20,670 nt of DNA from Octopus sinensis (taxonomy: Eukaryota). Where the stretch lies: the NCBI RefSeq assembly GCF_006345805.1, contig NW_021823901.1, forward strand, positions 1-20,670, in the 5' to 3' direction. Positions 9,098 through 18,382 of the stretch are shown piece after piece (positions within the stretch are counted from its first letter, which is position 1; each line of letters opens with the position of its first letter). Position numbers and translations under genes: made by a program. The notes beneath the pieces were generated by a model, which did no database searches, was not told the origin of the DNA, and was given only the letters and a program-made list of their open reading frames with translations.

Positions 9098-9494
9098 AGG
9101 CGCAGGAGTGGCTGTGTGGTAAGTAGCTTGCTAACCAACCACATGGTTCCGGGTTCAGTCCCACTGTGTGGCATCTGGGCAAGTGTCTTCTACTATAGCC
9201 CCGGGCCGACCAATGCCTTGTGAGTGGATTTGGCAGACGGAATCTGAAAGAAGCCTGTCGTATATATATATATGTATGTGTGTGTGTGTTTGTGTGTCTG
9301 TGTTTGTCCCCCTAGCATTGCTTGACAACCGATGCTGGTGCGTGTTTACGTCCCCGTCACTTAGCGGTTCGGCAAAAGAGGCCGATACAATAAGTACTAG
9401 GCTTACAAAGAATAAGTCCCGGGGTCGATTTGCTCGACTATAGGTGGTGCTCCAGCATGGCCGCAGTTAAATAACTGAAACAAGTAAAAGAGTA
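9098..9494 (+). mobile_element. SINE A, full length (left arm of inverted pair 2)
   Basis: Colinear with the other copies. Confidence 0.93.
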
Positions 9495-9501
9495 TATATA
9501 T

Positions 9502-9921
9502 CCTCTTTACTCTTTACTATTTTACTCCTTTACTTGTTTCAGTGATTTGACTGCGGCCATGCTGGAGCACCGCCTTTAGTCGAGCAAATCAACGCCAGGA
9601 CTTATTCTTTGTAAGCCCAGTACTTATTATATCGGTCTCTTCTGTCGGACCGCTAAGTTACGGGGATGTAAACACACCAGCATCGGTTGTCAAACGATGT
9701 TGGGGGGACAAACACAGACACGCACACACATATATATATATACATTTACATATATACGACGGGCTTCTTTCGGTTTCCGTCTACCAAAGCCCACGCGCAA
9801 GGCTTTGGACGGCCCGAGGCCATAGAAGAAGTCACTTGTCCAAAGTGTCACGCAGTGGGACTGAACCCGGAACAATGAGGTTGGTAAGCAAGCTACTTAC
9901 CAGACAGCCACTCCTGCGTTT
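9502..9921 (-). mobile_element. SINE A, full length, more diverged (right arm of inverted pair 2)
   Basis: Reverse complement is colinear with SINE A. Confidence 0.92.
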
Positions 9922-10418
9922 ATATATATATATATATTGTTATATTTCGGAATGGTCATTTTGCCAGTTTAGCCAATAAAAACACACGCACTATATTTTT
10001 GGTGTTATTTTGCTTCAGTGTTATTTATTTTTTACATTAATCTTAATCTTATTTCGGCCAGAGTCCTTTCGTCACACTCCTGTGACCGCATCAGTGGTCC
10101 TTTGTTTACTTCTTTCTTATTTGTATCTCTCCTTACTAACCGTCAGCCATTTTGTATTTCTATTGTATGTCTTCATTTGCGCATGCTTATATCTCTATGT
10201 GCGTCTATGTTTATTTAGTGTGTGTATGTGGGGGGATGCCTGTAATATTTGTATCTTCTGTTTATATATGTTCATGTAATTTGTATTTTGTTTTTGTTGT
10301 TTTTGTTTATTCTTATTTTGTTCATATATATATATATATATATGTGTGTGTATATATATATATATGTATATATATAGTATATATATATATATACATATAT
10401 ACATATACATACATATAT

Positions 10419-10591
10419 AAACAAAATTCAATAAGCTATTAAAACACCACTTGCTATATAGAGATCCATGGCTCTAAAACCACAAATTACTCACAATTAA
10501 ATACACACAGCGAAAGCAATAAACATAGAAATAGGCTTACCTTGTATTAACTACACAAGTAAGGAAGGTGTATATATACCGCAATCAATTG
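10419..10591 (+). repeat. Diverged direct repeat, copy 1 (partner 12649-12823)
   Basis: Shared blocks AAACAAAATTCAA, CCACTTGCTATA, TCTAAAACCA, AATTACTCAC, ATAGGCTTACCTTGTAT, GTAAGGAA, TCAATTG. Confidence 0.85.
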
Positions 10592-10780
10592 GTTTCGCCA
10601 TCTGTATGATAAGCGATACTTAGCCTCGTCAGGCAGACTTAACGCGACAACAGCTATTTCTGAAATATTTATCACGTTACACCGCTGGCGTTCTGAAAAG
10701 TGAATGCCCCCGCGACATTCAAAACGAACAAATTGTGAGCCTGTATAATTTTAGATTACACTGGAATCATCACATTATTA

Positions 10781-11802
10781 TTGGTGAACCGTTTGAAAGG
10801 GCTAAAGTCAGACACTTTCCTCTTTGGTCAAGGCCTCATCAACATTTTCAAGTTTCACTTGAAAAGGAAGATGAGGTTAGCCACGAGAGCCACTGCCTGG
10901 TACTGTATCACGGTATTTTGTTGTTATGATTATTATTATTGTTATTATAAGGAGGGCGAGGCCGTTTTCTTGTGCCTAGTGGCTGTGGCGAAAGAGGTTT
11001 TATGGTGGACCCGTTTGAAAGGGCTAAAGTCAGACACTTTCCTCTTTGGTCAAGGCCCCATCAACTTTTTCGAGTTTCACTTGAAAAGGAAGATGAGGTT
11101 AGCCACGATAGCCACTGCCTGGTACTGTATCACGGTATTTTGTTATTATTATTATTATTATAAGGAGGGCGAGGCCGTTTTCTTGTGCCTAGTGGCTGTG
11201 GCGAAAGAGGTTTTATGGTGGACCCGTTTGAAAGGGCTAAAGTCAGACACTTTCCTCTTTGGTCAAGGCCCCATCAACTTTTTCGAGTTTCACTTGAAAA
11301 GGAAGATGAGGTTAGCCACGAGAGCCACTGCCTGGTACTGTATCACGGTATTTTGTTGTTATGATTATTATTATTGTTATTATAAGGAGGGCGAGGCCGT
11401 TTTCTTGTGCCTAGGCTGTGGCGTGGCGAAAGAGGTTTTATAGTGGACCCGTTTGAAAGGGCTAAAGTCAGACACTTTCCTCTTTGGTCAAGGCCTCATC
11501 AACTTTTTCAAGTTTCACTTGAAAAGGAAGATGAGGTTAGCCACGAGAGCCACTGCCTGGTACTGTATCACAGTATTTTGTTGTTATTATTATTATTAAT
11601 ATTATAAGGAGGGCGAGGCCGTTTTCTTGTGCCTAGTGGCTGTGGCGAAAGAGGTTTTATGGTGGACCCGTTTGAAAGGGCTAAAGTCAGACACTTTCCT
11701 CTTTGGTCAAGGCCTCATCAACTTTTTCAAGTCTCACTTGAAAAGGAAGATGTGGTTAGCCACGAGAGCCACTGCCTGGTACTGTATCACGGTATTTTGT
11801 TG

Positions 11803-11833
<31 letters not shown>

Positions 11834-12027
11834 AAGGAGGGTGAGGACGTTTTCTTGTGCCTAGTGGCTGTGGCGAAAGAGGTTTTATGGTGGACCCGTT
11901 TGAAAGGGCTAAAGTCAGACACTTTCCTCTTTGGTCAAGGCCTCATCAACTTTTTCAAGTCTCACTTGAAAAGGAAGATGTGGTTAGCCACGAGAGCCAC
12001 TGCCTGGTACTGTATCACGGTATTTTG

Positions 12028-12068
<41 letters not shown>

Positions 12069-12219
12069 AGGAGGGTGAGGACGTTTTCTTGTGCCTAGTG
12101 GCTGTGGCGAAAGAGGTTTTATGGTGGACCCGTTTGAAAGGGCTAAAGTCAGACACTTTCCTCTTTGGTCAAGGCCCCATCAACTTTTTCAAGTTTCACT
12201 TGAAAAGGAAGATGAGGTT
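10781..12219 (+). repeat. Tandem array of ~6.5 chimeric units (213-234 bp): LINE ORF2 piece + end of another repeat + variable (TTA)n
   Basis: Anchor ATGGTGGACCCG or its variant at ~10781, 11002, 11215, 11440, 11659, 11887 and 12121. Confidence 0.97.
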
Positions 12220-12593
12220 AGAGAGGAGAGTGCTGTCCGATAGCAAGTTTTATGAAAGGTGGGTGAATTGTGCGAGAATGGCCAGTATAAATGATCCAAT
12301 TCTCAGGTTTCGCCTGTGATTGAAAAAGGCTTTATAAAAGGAGAAAGGGGCTCTCTACCCCCCTTTTGACTAGGCTCCCGTTGGCTTTTATGGGTTTTTT
12401 TTCCACCAGGAACCTTTCGAAGCGCCTCCCCCTATTGGGAGTTTTTCATTGTTATAATCTTTTGTTGTTAAACAGTTTTTACTCGGATTTTTTCAAAAAC
12501 GGACAAAACCCTTTGTAACCTTTCGTCCTGTTTTGTCCCTTTATGTTTACTAATCATGTGTGTCAGCCCTTGTGGCCAATAAAAAGAATTAAA
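12068..12593 (+). mobile_element. 3' end of a Tx1/L1-clade LINE: ORF2 C-terminus (stop 12317-12319), 3' UTR, AATAAA and A-rich end abutting (TAT)n
   Basis: Peptide FLCLVAVAKEVLWWTR...LKRKMRLERRVLSDSKFYERW fits the AK..(I/L)W..R / E / F...W pattern I recall for Tx1-type ORF2 C-termini. Confidence 0.72.
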
Positions 12594-12648
12594 TATTATT
12601 ATTATTAATGAAGGGCCTGGCAAAGTTACACTGTTATAGGTAAAATAC

Positions 12649-12823
12649 AAACAAAATTCAAATGGTTATTAAAATGCCACTTGCTATAAACAGACTTATT
12701 GATCTAAAACCATCAATTACTCACTATTAAAATAAATATGGCGGAAGTCAGAAACATAAAAGACATAGGCTTACCTTGTATAAAATACACAGGTAAGGAA
12801 TGCGTATATTCCGAGATCAATTG
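12649..12823 (+). repeat. Diverged direct repeat, copy 2 (partner 10419-10591)
   Basis: Colinear with copy 1 across ~175 bp. Confidence 0.85.
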
Positions 12824-12858
12824 AATTTGTTTATATAAAGGTGCAAACTTGCTAACCA

Positions 12859-12895
<37 letters not shown>

Positions 12896-13692
12896 GAGTT
12901 AGAGAGCAGTGCATGCCATCAAAGAGACACAGGGGTAAATTATACAAAGCCCAATATACCCATCATGACTACCTGTCCGATAAGTGTACACTAGACACAT
13001 GCATCACAACCATATGTGCACGACATGGTGATCTCGTATTAAGATAAACAGCACATGACCTTGCAGGTGGGGCCCAGTTAGAATTTTCTTCTGGTCAAGT
13101 AACCCATCCCACTCAAAAGGTCCCTGAATAAAGATTAAGATTGTTGAACGAAACAACCATGTTTCCAGAGGTGAATTATTCAAACCCCAAAGAACCGCTT
13201 TCAACACATGGCTATGATGCTCCCCCACTACTTCTGCTCGCGATCAGAGATGAACATATCGTCAGCCACTAAGGGACACGCTCAACTGGTTAAGGTCAAA
13301 CAACTGACAAGCAAATCTATGGTATTGAGCAGAATATTTGCTGTAGCCCATCTTTTATACCTATTTCTTTACTACCCACAAGGGGCTTTACTACACAGAA
13401 TGGACAAACAAGGACAGACAAACGGATTAAGTCAATTACATCGACCCCAGTGCGTAACTGGTACTTAATTTATCGACCCCGAAAGGATGAAAGGCAAAGT
13501 CGACCTCGGCGGAATTTGAACTGAGGATGTAACGGCAGACGAAATACCCGTAAGCATTTCGCCCGGTGCGTTAACATTTCTGCCAGCTCACCGCCATCTT
13601 TTATACCAAGACAAAACAATGTACGTAATAACACTTCTAATCAGTTAAGATCAGAAGCCATGAGAGTCACTGCCTTGTACTGCATCAGGGCA
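12896..13692. mobile_element. Unclassified interspersed repeat bounded by (TTA)n on both sides and interrupted by SINE B
   Basis: (TTA)n at 12861-12895 and from ~13694; the sequence resumes across the SINE TSD; its end (13658-13695) recurs in every array unit. Repeat status is partly from recall. Confidence 0.6.
13362..13593 (-). mobile_element. SINE B, full length, with 14-bp TSD
   Basis: TSD CCATCTTTTATACC at 13348-13361 and 13594-13607; tRNA-like head GGCGGTGAGCTGGCAG..GTTCAAATTCC. Confidence 0.95.
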
Positions 13693-13795
13693 TTTATTAT
13701 TATTATTATTATTATTATTATCTTACTATTATTATTATTATTATTATTAATGTTGGTAATGATACTTATTTAACTGTATACACACACACACGCAC

Positions 13796-13843
<48 letters not shown>

Positions 13844-13959
13844 TTTCTATGATGTTGGTGCATTACGGCGGTTGAGTTGAGACCTTAGCTCACATCTTTA
13901 ATAGGCTGATTCTCACTGGGGCCTTAAAGCTTCGTACTAATTTTATGTTTTATATGTTT

Positions 13960-13980
13960 GTATGTATCTACGTATGTATA

Positions 13981-14025
<45 letters not shown>

Positions 14026-14212
14026 ATATATATATATATATATTATATATATACGTATATATATATTATATATATATATATAGAGGGCATTATTACATAT
14101 AAATGCCTCACGCTAAGAGGGACATAAGTCATTTCTACCAAAAATATAAATATAAATATATATATTATATATATATATATATATATCTATATATATATAT
14201 ATATATAAATAT
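13960..14212. repeat. (TA)n-rich microsatellite region
   Basis: Directly visible. Confidence 0.92.
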
Positions 14213-14241
14213 ATTAAAAGTGTCTATTTACTTCCTGCATG

Positions 14242-14286
<45 letters not shown>

Positions 14287-14316
14287 GCATGCAGGAAGTA
14301 AATAGACACTTTTAAT
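14213..14316. repeat. 104-bp palindrome: 33-bp unique arms (1 mismatch) around (TA)19
   Basis: Left arm ATTAAAAGTGTCTATTTACTTCCTGCATGTCTG (14213-14245); right arm 14284-14316 is its reverse complement except at one base. Confidence 0.97.
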
Positions 14317-14317
14317 T

Positions 14318-14753
14318 TTAAAAAAAGGCGCGTTTTCATTCCGTTTATAAAGAGAATCACAGATGGAAATGCGATCCAAAAGTTTCTTCTCACTCAACCC
14401 ATGTGGTACCCAAACATCGTAGCGATTTGCGTACCCAAGCTTTACCAGGTGCTCATGAACGACGGATTTTGATAGGTTGAGGCTTTCTGACAATTCTCGG
14501 GTTGTGCAATGTGGGTTATTCTCAATTAATGACTTGGTCATCATCTGTAGTGTATAGTCTGTCTGATTGCTCTTTATCAATAAGGCTACAATCTCCAGCT
14601 CGGAACCTTGCGAACCACTTCTGTACAGTTCTTTCGGATTAAGAAACATCACCGTAAACTGCTCATATTTTCTTGGTTGCTTGTGAGGCATTTTTTCCTT
14701 TTACGGAAAAAGAAAAGCATCAAGTGCCGAAAATGAACTTTCTTATCTTCCAT
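14318..14753 (-). pseudogene. Mariner transposase pseudogene fragment (HTH region to WVPH motif), truncated before the DD34D domain
   Basis: MEDKKVHFRHLMLFFFRK / SERTVQKWFARFRAGD / LIENNPHCTTRELSESLNLSKSVVHEHLVKLGYANRYDVWVPHGLSEKKLLDRISICDSL, spread over frameshifts and stops. Confidence 0.93.
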
Positions 14754-14935
14754 TTTAAAGGGTTACAGAATGAACACAGGTTATAGGAACATAAACCTTC
14801 TTCCACGAAATTATACCTTAAACTGTGCTCTAAATGGAGGTGTAGTGAAATCCTATTTTATGGACACAACCATGTTCTAAAATAAGTCGAAAGGTAGGCT
14901 ACTATAAATCGGCACGAACTTTCCGGACAACCTAA
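14318..14935 (-). mobile_element. Mariner (Tc1/mariner) element, 5' half: TIR, ~180-bp leader and N-terminal transposase
   Basis: TIR TTAGGTTGTCCGGAAAGTTCGTGCC at the 14935 end; transposase remnants downstream on the minus strand. Confidence 0.93.
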
Positions 14936-15265
14936 TCTATATATATATATATAAAGCTGAAGTTGTCTGTGTGTGTGTGTGGTAGATTTGGTAGCCTTCA
15001 ACTAACACTATCTCCTCCGAGACCCTACAGCGCAACTTGACCAAAATTGAGAGTATGATAGAAGGAGGCTTGCTCTTCCTTTCTTAGAAGAAAACATTCA
15101 AATCGGACCATGTTAACGCCGAAAATTATTTACATCAAAAAGATGCTTTTTTTTTCTATGAAAATCCCTATTTTTTACGATTTTCTGACTGCTGTGTCGC
15201 CATTTTTCGATGTATTTCAATTCTAAAGGGTCGAACAAACCCGAGCAACGCCGGGCGACACAGCT

Positions 15266-15267
<2 letters not shown>
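14936..15267 (+). mobile_element. Non-autonomous Helitron (copy 2; same ends as copy 1, different interior)
   Basis: A|TC start; 3' ACAAACCCGAGCAACGCCGGGCGACACAGCTAG|T. Confidence 0.85.
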
Positions 15268-15364
<97 letters not shown>

Positions 15365-15457
15365 TATCTAGCTTCATCCGTGTTTTTCTGACGTGAATTT
15401 GCTACCAGGTATCGGTTAACCGAATTATCCATAATAAGATAATTCATTCAACTACTC

Positions 15458-15508
<51 letters not shown>

Positions 15509-15629
15509 TAAATTAGAGATAAAACCACTATTAGGCAATTTAATATAATATAAATAATATATTTATACTATAAAATTGGATTTAATCCTAAATCTAAATT
15601 TTCCCTGTAAGTTTGGATTTATTCCCTAA

Positions 15630-15714
<85 letters not shown>

Positions 15715-15720
15715 ATATGT
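15268..15720. repeat. Cluster of (TC)n, (TA)n and (TTA)n microsatellites with short AT-rich spacers
   Basis: Directly visible. Confidence 0.88.
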
Positions 15721-15949
15721 TTTTGTTAATACTTATTCTGTAAGCAAAACAAGTAACACACTGGATTACATCAAGGAACGCTGGCTGACGGAGTAAATGG
15801 TGTAATTTCGTTAAGAGCCGCTACGAAGCCCAGTCACACCTGAGTCTCTACAAAACAAGGAAATTGGTGTACAACCGTGGTATCTTAACTTTTCAGGAAT
15901 AAATTCTATCTATTTGTCTGACTGTCTGTCTGTCTGTCTATGTATCTAG

Positions 15950-16143
15950 CATTATACATCATCAACATCATTATCATCACAATCATCGTCCCCTCTCCCC
16001 CACTTCATCATCATCGTCATCGTCATCATCATTACCATCATCATCATCATCACCAACACCACCAGTATCCTCCTCCTCCTCATCATCGTCGTAATTATCA
16101 GCCAAAATTATCAACCACCACTACTTTCACGATCACCACCACC

Positions 16144-16177
<34 letters not shown>

Positions 16178-16583
16178 CAACCATTATCATCATCACCATC
16201 ACCACCTCCACCACCTCCACCACCACCAACGCCACCATCATCATCATCATCGTCATCCTCCTCTTCCTCCTTATCATCATCCTCTTCCTCCTTATCATCA
16301 TCCTCTTCATCATTGTCATCCTCCCCTCCTCATCCTTATTATCATTATCATCATCATCATCATCATCATCATCGTCATCCTCCTCCTCCTCATCATCATC
16401 ATCATTGTCATCCTCCTCATCATCACAACCATTATCATCACCACCACCACCACTACCACCACCAACGCCACCATCATCCTTACCATCATCATCATCATCG
16501 TCATCCTCCTCCTCCTCCTCCTCCCCATCCTTATCCCCATCATCATCATCATCATCATCATCACCATCATCATCACCATCATC

Positions 16584-16615
<32 letters not shown>

Positions 16616-16799
16616 AATCATCATCATCATCATTCTCATCGCCACCACCATCATCATCATCATCATCAGCATCATCATCATATCATCACACCATCATCAT
16701 CATCATCGTCTCATAATCATCATATCATCATCATCATCATCATCATCACCATCATCATATCATCATCATCCAACCCATCATCATCATCCTAATCATCAT

Positions 16800-16831
<32 letters not shown>

Positions 16832-16850
16832 CGTCATCCCTATTACTCAT
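15950..16850. repeat. ~900-bp compound (CAT)/(CAC)/(CCT) microsatellite
   Basis: Directly visible; accounts for ORFs 15940..16617, 16098..16319, 16313..16792 and 16316..16681. Confidence 0.97.
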
Positions 16851-17104
16851 CTATTATCGTGATTTTTCTCATTGTTTTGTCTTGCTTCCGTTGTCTTCTT
16901 TGACCCCTTTTGTCGTGGCCGGTATTGGACATTGTATCCTCCCAGCGAACCAGTAAGTAGTAGCAGCAGCAGCAGCATTAGTAGCAGTAGTCGTTACTGT
17001 TGTATTAGTAGAAATAGTGGTAGCGGTGGTAGCGGTGGTAGTAGTGGTGACACCATCCATTGTTGTTGTTGCTGTTCTTGTTGTTGTCTTGTTCTAATCG
17101 CAAC

Positions 17105-17345
17105 ACTGTCGCCATTTGTTATAACCGACTGTCTCAAATGGAACTTCCGGTGAAAGCGATTAACCACGGAACGCTCCGCTTGACTTCACTTCCGGTTCAA
17201 TGGCGTTTACATCAAACAAAAAGACACTCGGATCGATAGCACAATATCGATTTCTTCGAAATCAATATTGTCTGGCAGCGCCACCGTCAACGCCATCAGC
17301 CCCACCCGTAGCAGCAACAGCACCGCCACCAGGGGGCTCCAGAGG
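17105..17345. promoter_or_regulatory. Candidate bidirectional housekeeping-type promoter
   Basis: ACTTCCGGT at 17143-17151 and 17188-17196; divergent ATGGCG at 17115 (-) and 17200 (+); CTCF-like CCACCAGGGGGCTC 17326-17339; CpG-rich. Confidence 0.5.
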
Positions 17346-17364
17346 TGTTAAAAATAGATGTTAG
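17200..17364 (+). CDS. Candidate 54-aa ORF or first coding exon: MAFTSNKKTLGSIAQYRFLRNQYCLAAPPSTPSAPPVAATAPPPGGSRGVKNRC
   Basis: ATG GCG directly after the ETS motif; Pro/Ala-rich; only a weak donor (AG|GTGTTA at 17345). No recognised homology. Confidence 0.25.
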   Translation: MAFTSNKKTLGSIAQYRFLRNQYCLAAPPSTPSAPPVAATAPPPGGSRGVKNRC

Positions 17365-17400
17365 ACCATCCTCGAATCACAGCGGTTTCGGAATAGTGGA

Positions 17401-17746
17401 CACTTTGGATAATATATTCCAAGATACACTGTGTCTGAACCAGAGATAAATAAAATGTAACTGGAACGTCTTTGATCACAGATCATTCTGGATGCAAACT
17501 GACCTGTGGTTAAACAACAACAGCTATAGCCACTAATACTAACGACTATACTATACATTAGATAATGTAGTCCTAGATACACTAGGCCTGAATAACAGTT
17601 GGGATGGTCACAGCTGGAACGTCTTTGATCATAGGTCTGTCTGGATCAGGACTGACCTAGGGCTAAGCAACAACTATAGCTACTAACTCCTATACTATAC
17701 ATTAGATAATGTAGTCCTAGATACACTAGGCCTCAATGACAAATGG
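17401..17746 (+). repeat. Diverged tandem repeat, period ~153 bp, ~2.4 copies
   Basis: CTGGAACGTCTTTGATCA at 17461 and 17614; CTATACTATACATTAGATAATGTAGTCCTAGATACACTAGGCCT twice; partial copy at 17401-17445. Confidence 0.9.
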
Positions 17747-17747
17747 A

Positions 17748-17952
17748 TACTCTCTACTCTTTTACTCTTTTACATTTGAGTGTGGCCATGCTGGAGCACC
17801 ACCATTAGTCGAACAAATCGACCCCAGGACTTACTCTTGGTAAGCCTAGTACTTATTCTATCGGTCTCTTGTACCGAAACGCTAGGTTACAGAGGATGTA
17901 AACACACCAGCATCGGGTGTCAAGCGATGGTGGGGAGACAGATACACACAAA
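17748..17952 (-). mobile_element. SINE A tail half only
   Basis: Reverse complement of the A tail; ends at the (TA)n linker with no head beyond it. Confidence 0.88.
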
Positions 17953-17954
17953 TA

Positions 17955-18015
<61 letters not shown>

Positions 18016-18020
<5 letters not shown>

Positions 18021-18202
18021 CTTTACTACCCCAAAGGGGCTAAACACAGAGGGGACAAACAAGGACAGACAAACCAGTACGCAACTGGTTCTTAATTTAT
18101 CGACCCCGAAAGCATGAGAGGCAAAGTCGACCTCGACGGAATTTGAACTCAGAACGTAACGGCAGACGCATTTCGCCCGGCGTGCTAACGATTCTGCCAG
18201 CT
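18016..18202 (-). mobile_element. SINE B with internal deletions
   Basis: Colinear with 13362-13593. Confidence 0.9.
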
Positions 18203-18237
18203 ATATATACGTACATACACAAACACACACACATATA

Positions 18238-18382
<145 letters not shown>

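Noticed and set aside
10781-12219. CRISPR-like array (constant repeat with variable spacers)
   Set aside because: The repeats are ~190 bp, the 'spacers' are length variants of (TTA)n, there are no cas genes, and the context is eukaryotic.
14224-14691. Intact transposase ORF
   Set aside because: Only the part from ~LIENNP to APFF is in the true frame. The upstream part is out of frame, the true N-terminus has stops and frameshifts, and the catalytic domain is missing.
15742-15796. Terminal exon KTSNTLDYIKERWLTE*
   Set aside because: Very short, weak AAG acceptor, no recognised homology.
15940-16792. Long poly-S/H/I/M ORFs as genes (also 204-648 and the many YIYI/CVCV ORFs)
   Set aside because: They are stop-free only because they are microsatellite translations, open in several frames on both strands.
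16946-16952. 7-nt micro-exon (CCCAG|CGAACCA|GTAAGT)
   Set aside because: No supporting gene model, and the donor merges into the adjacent AGT repeat.
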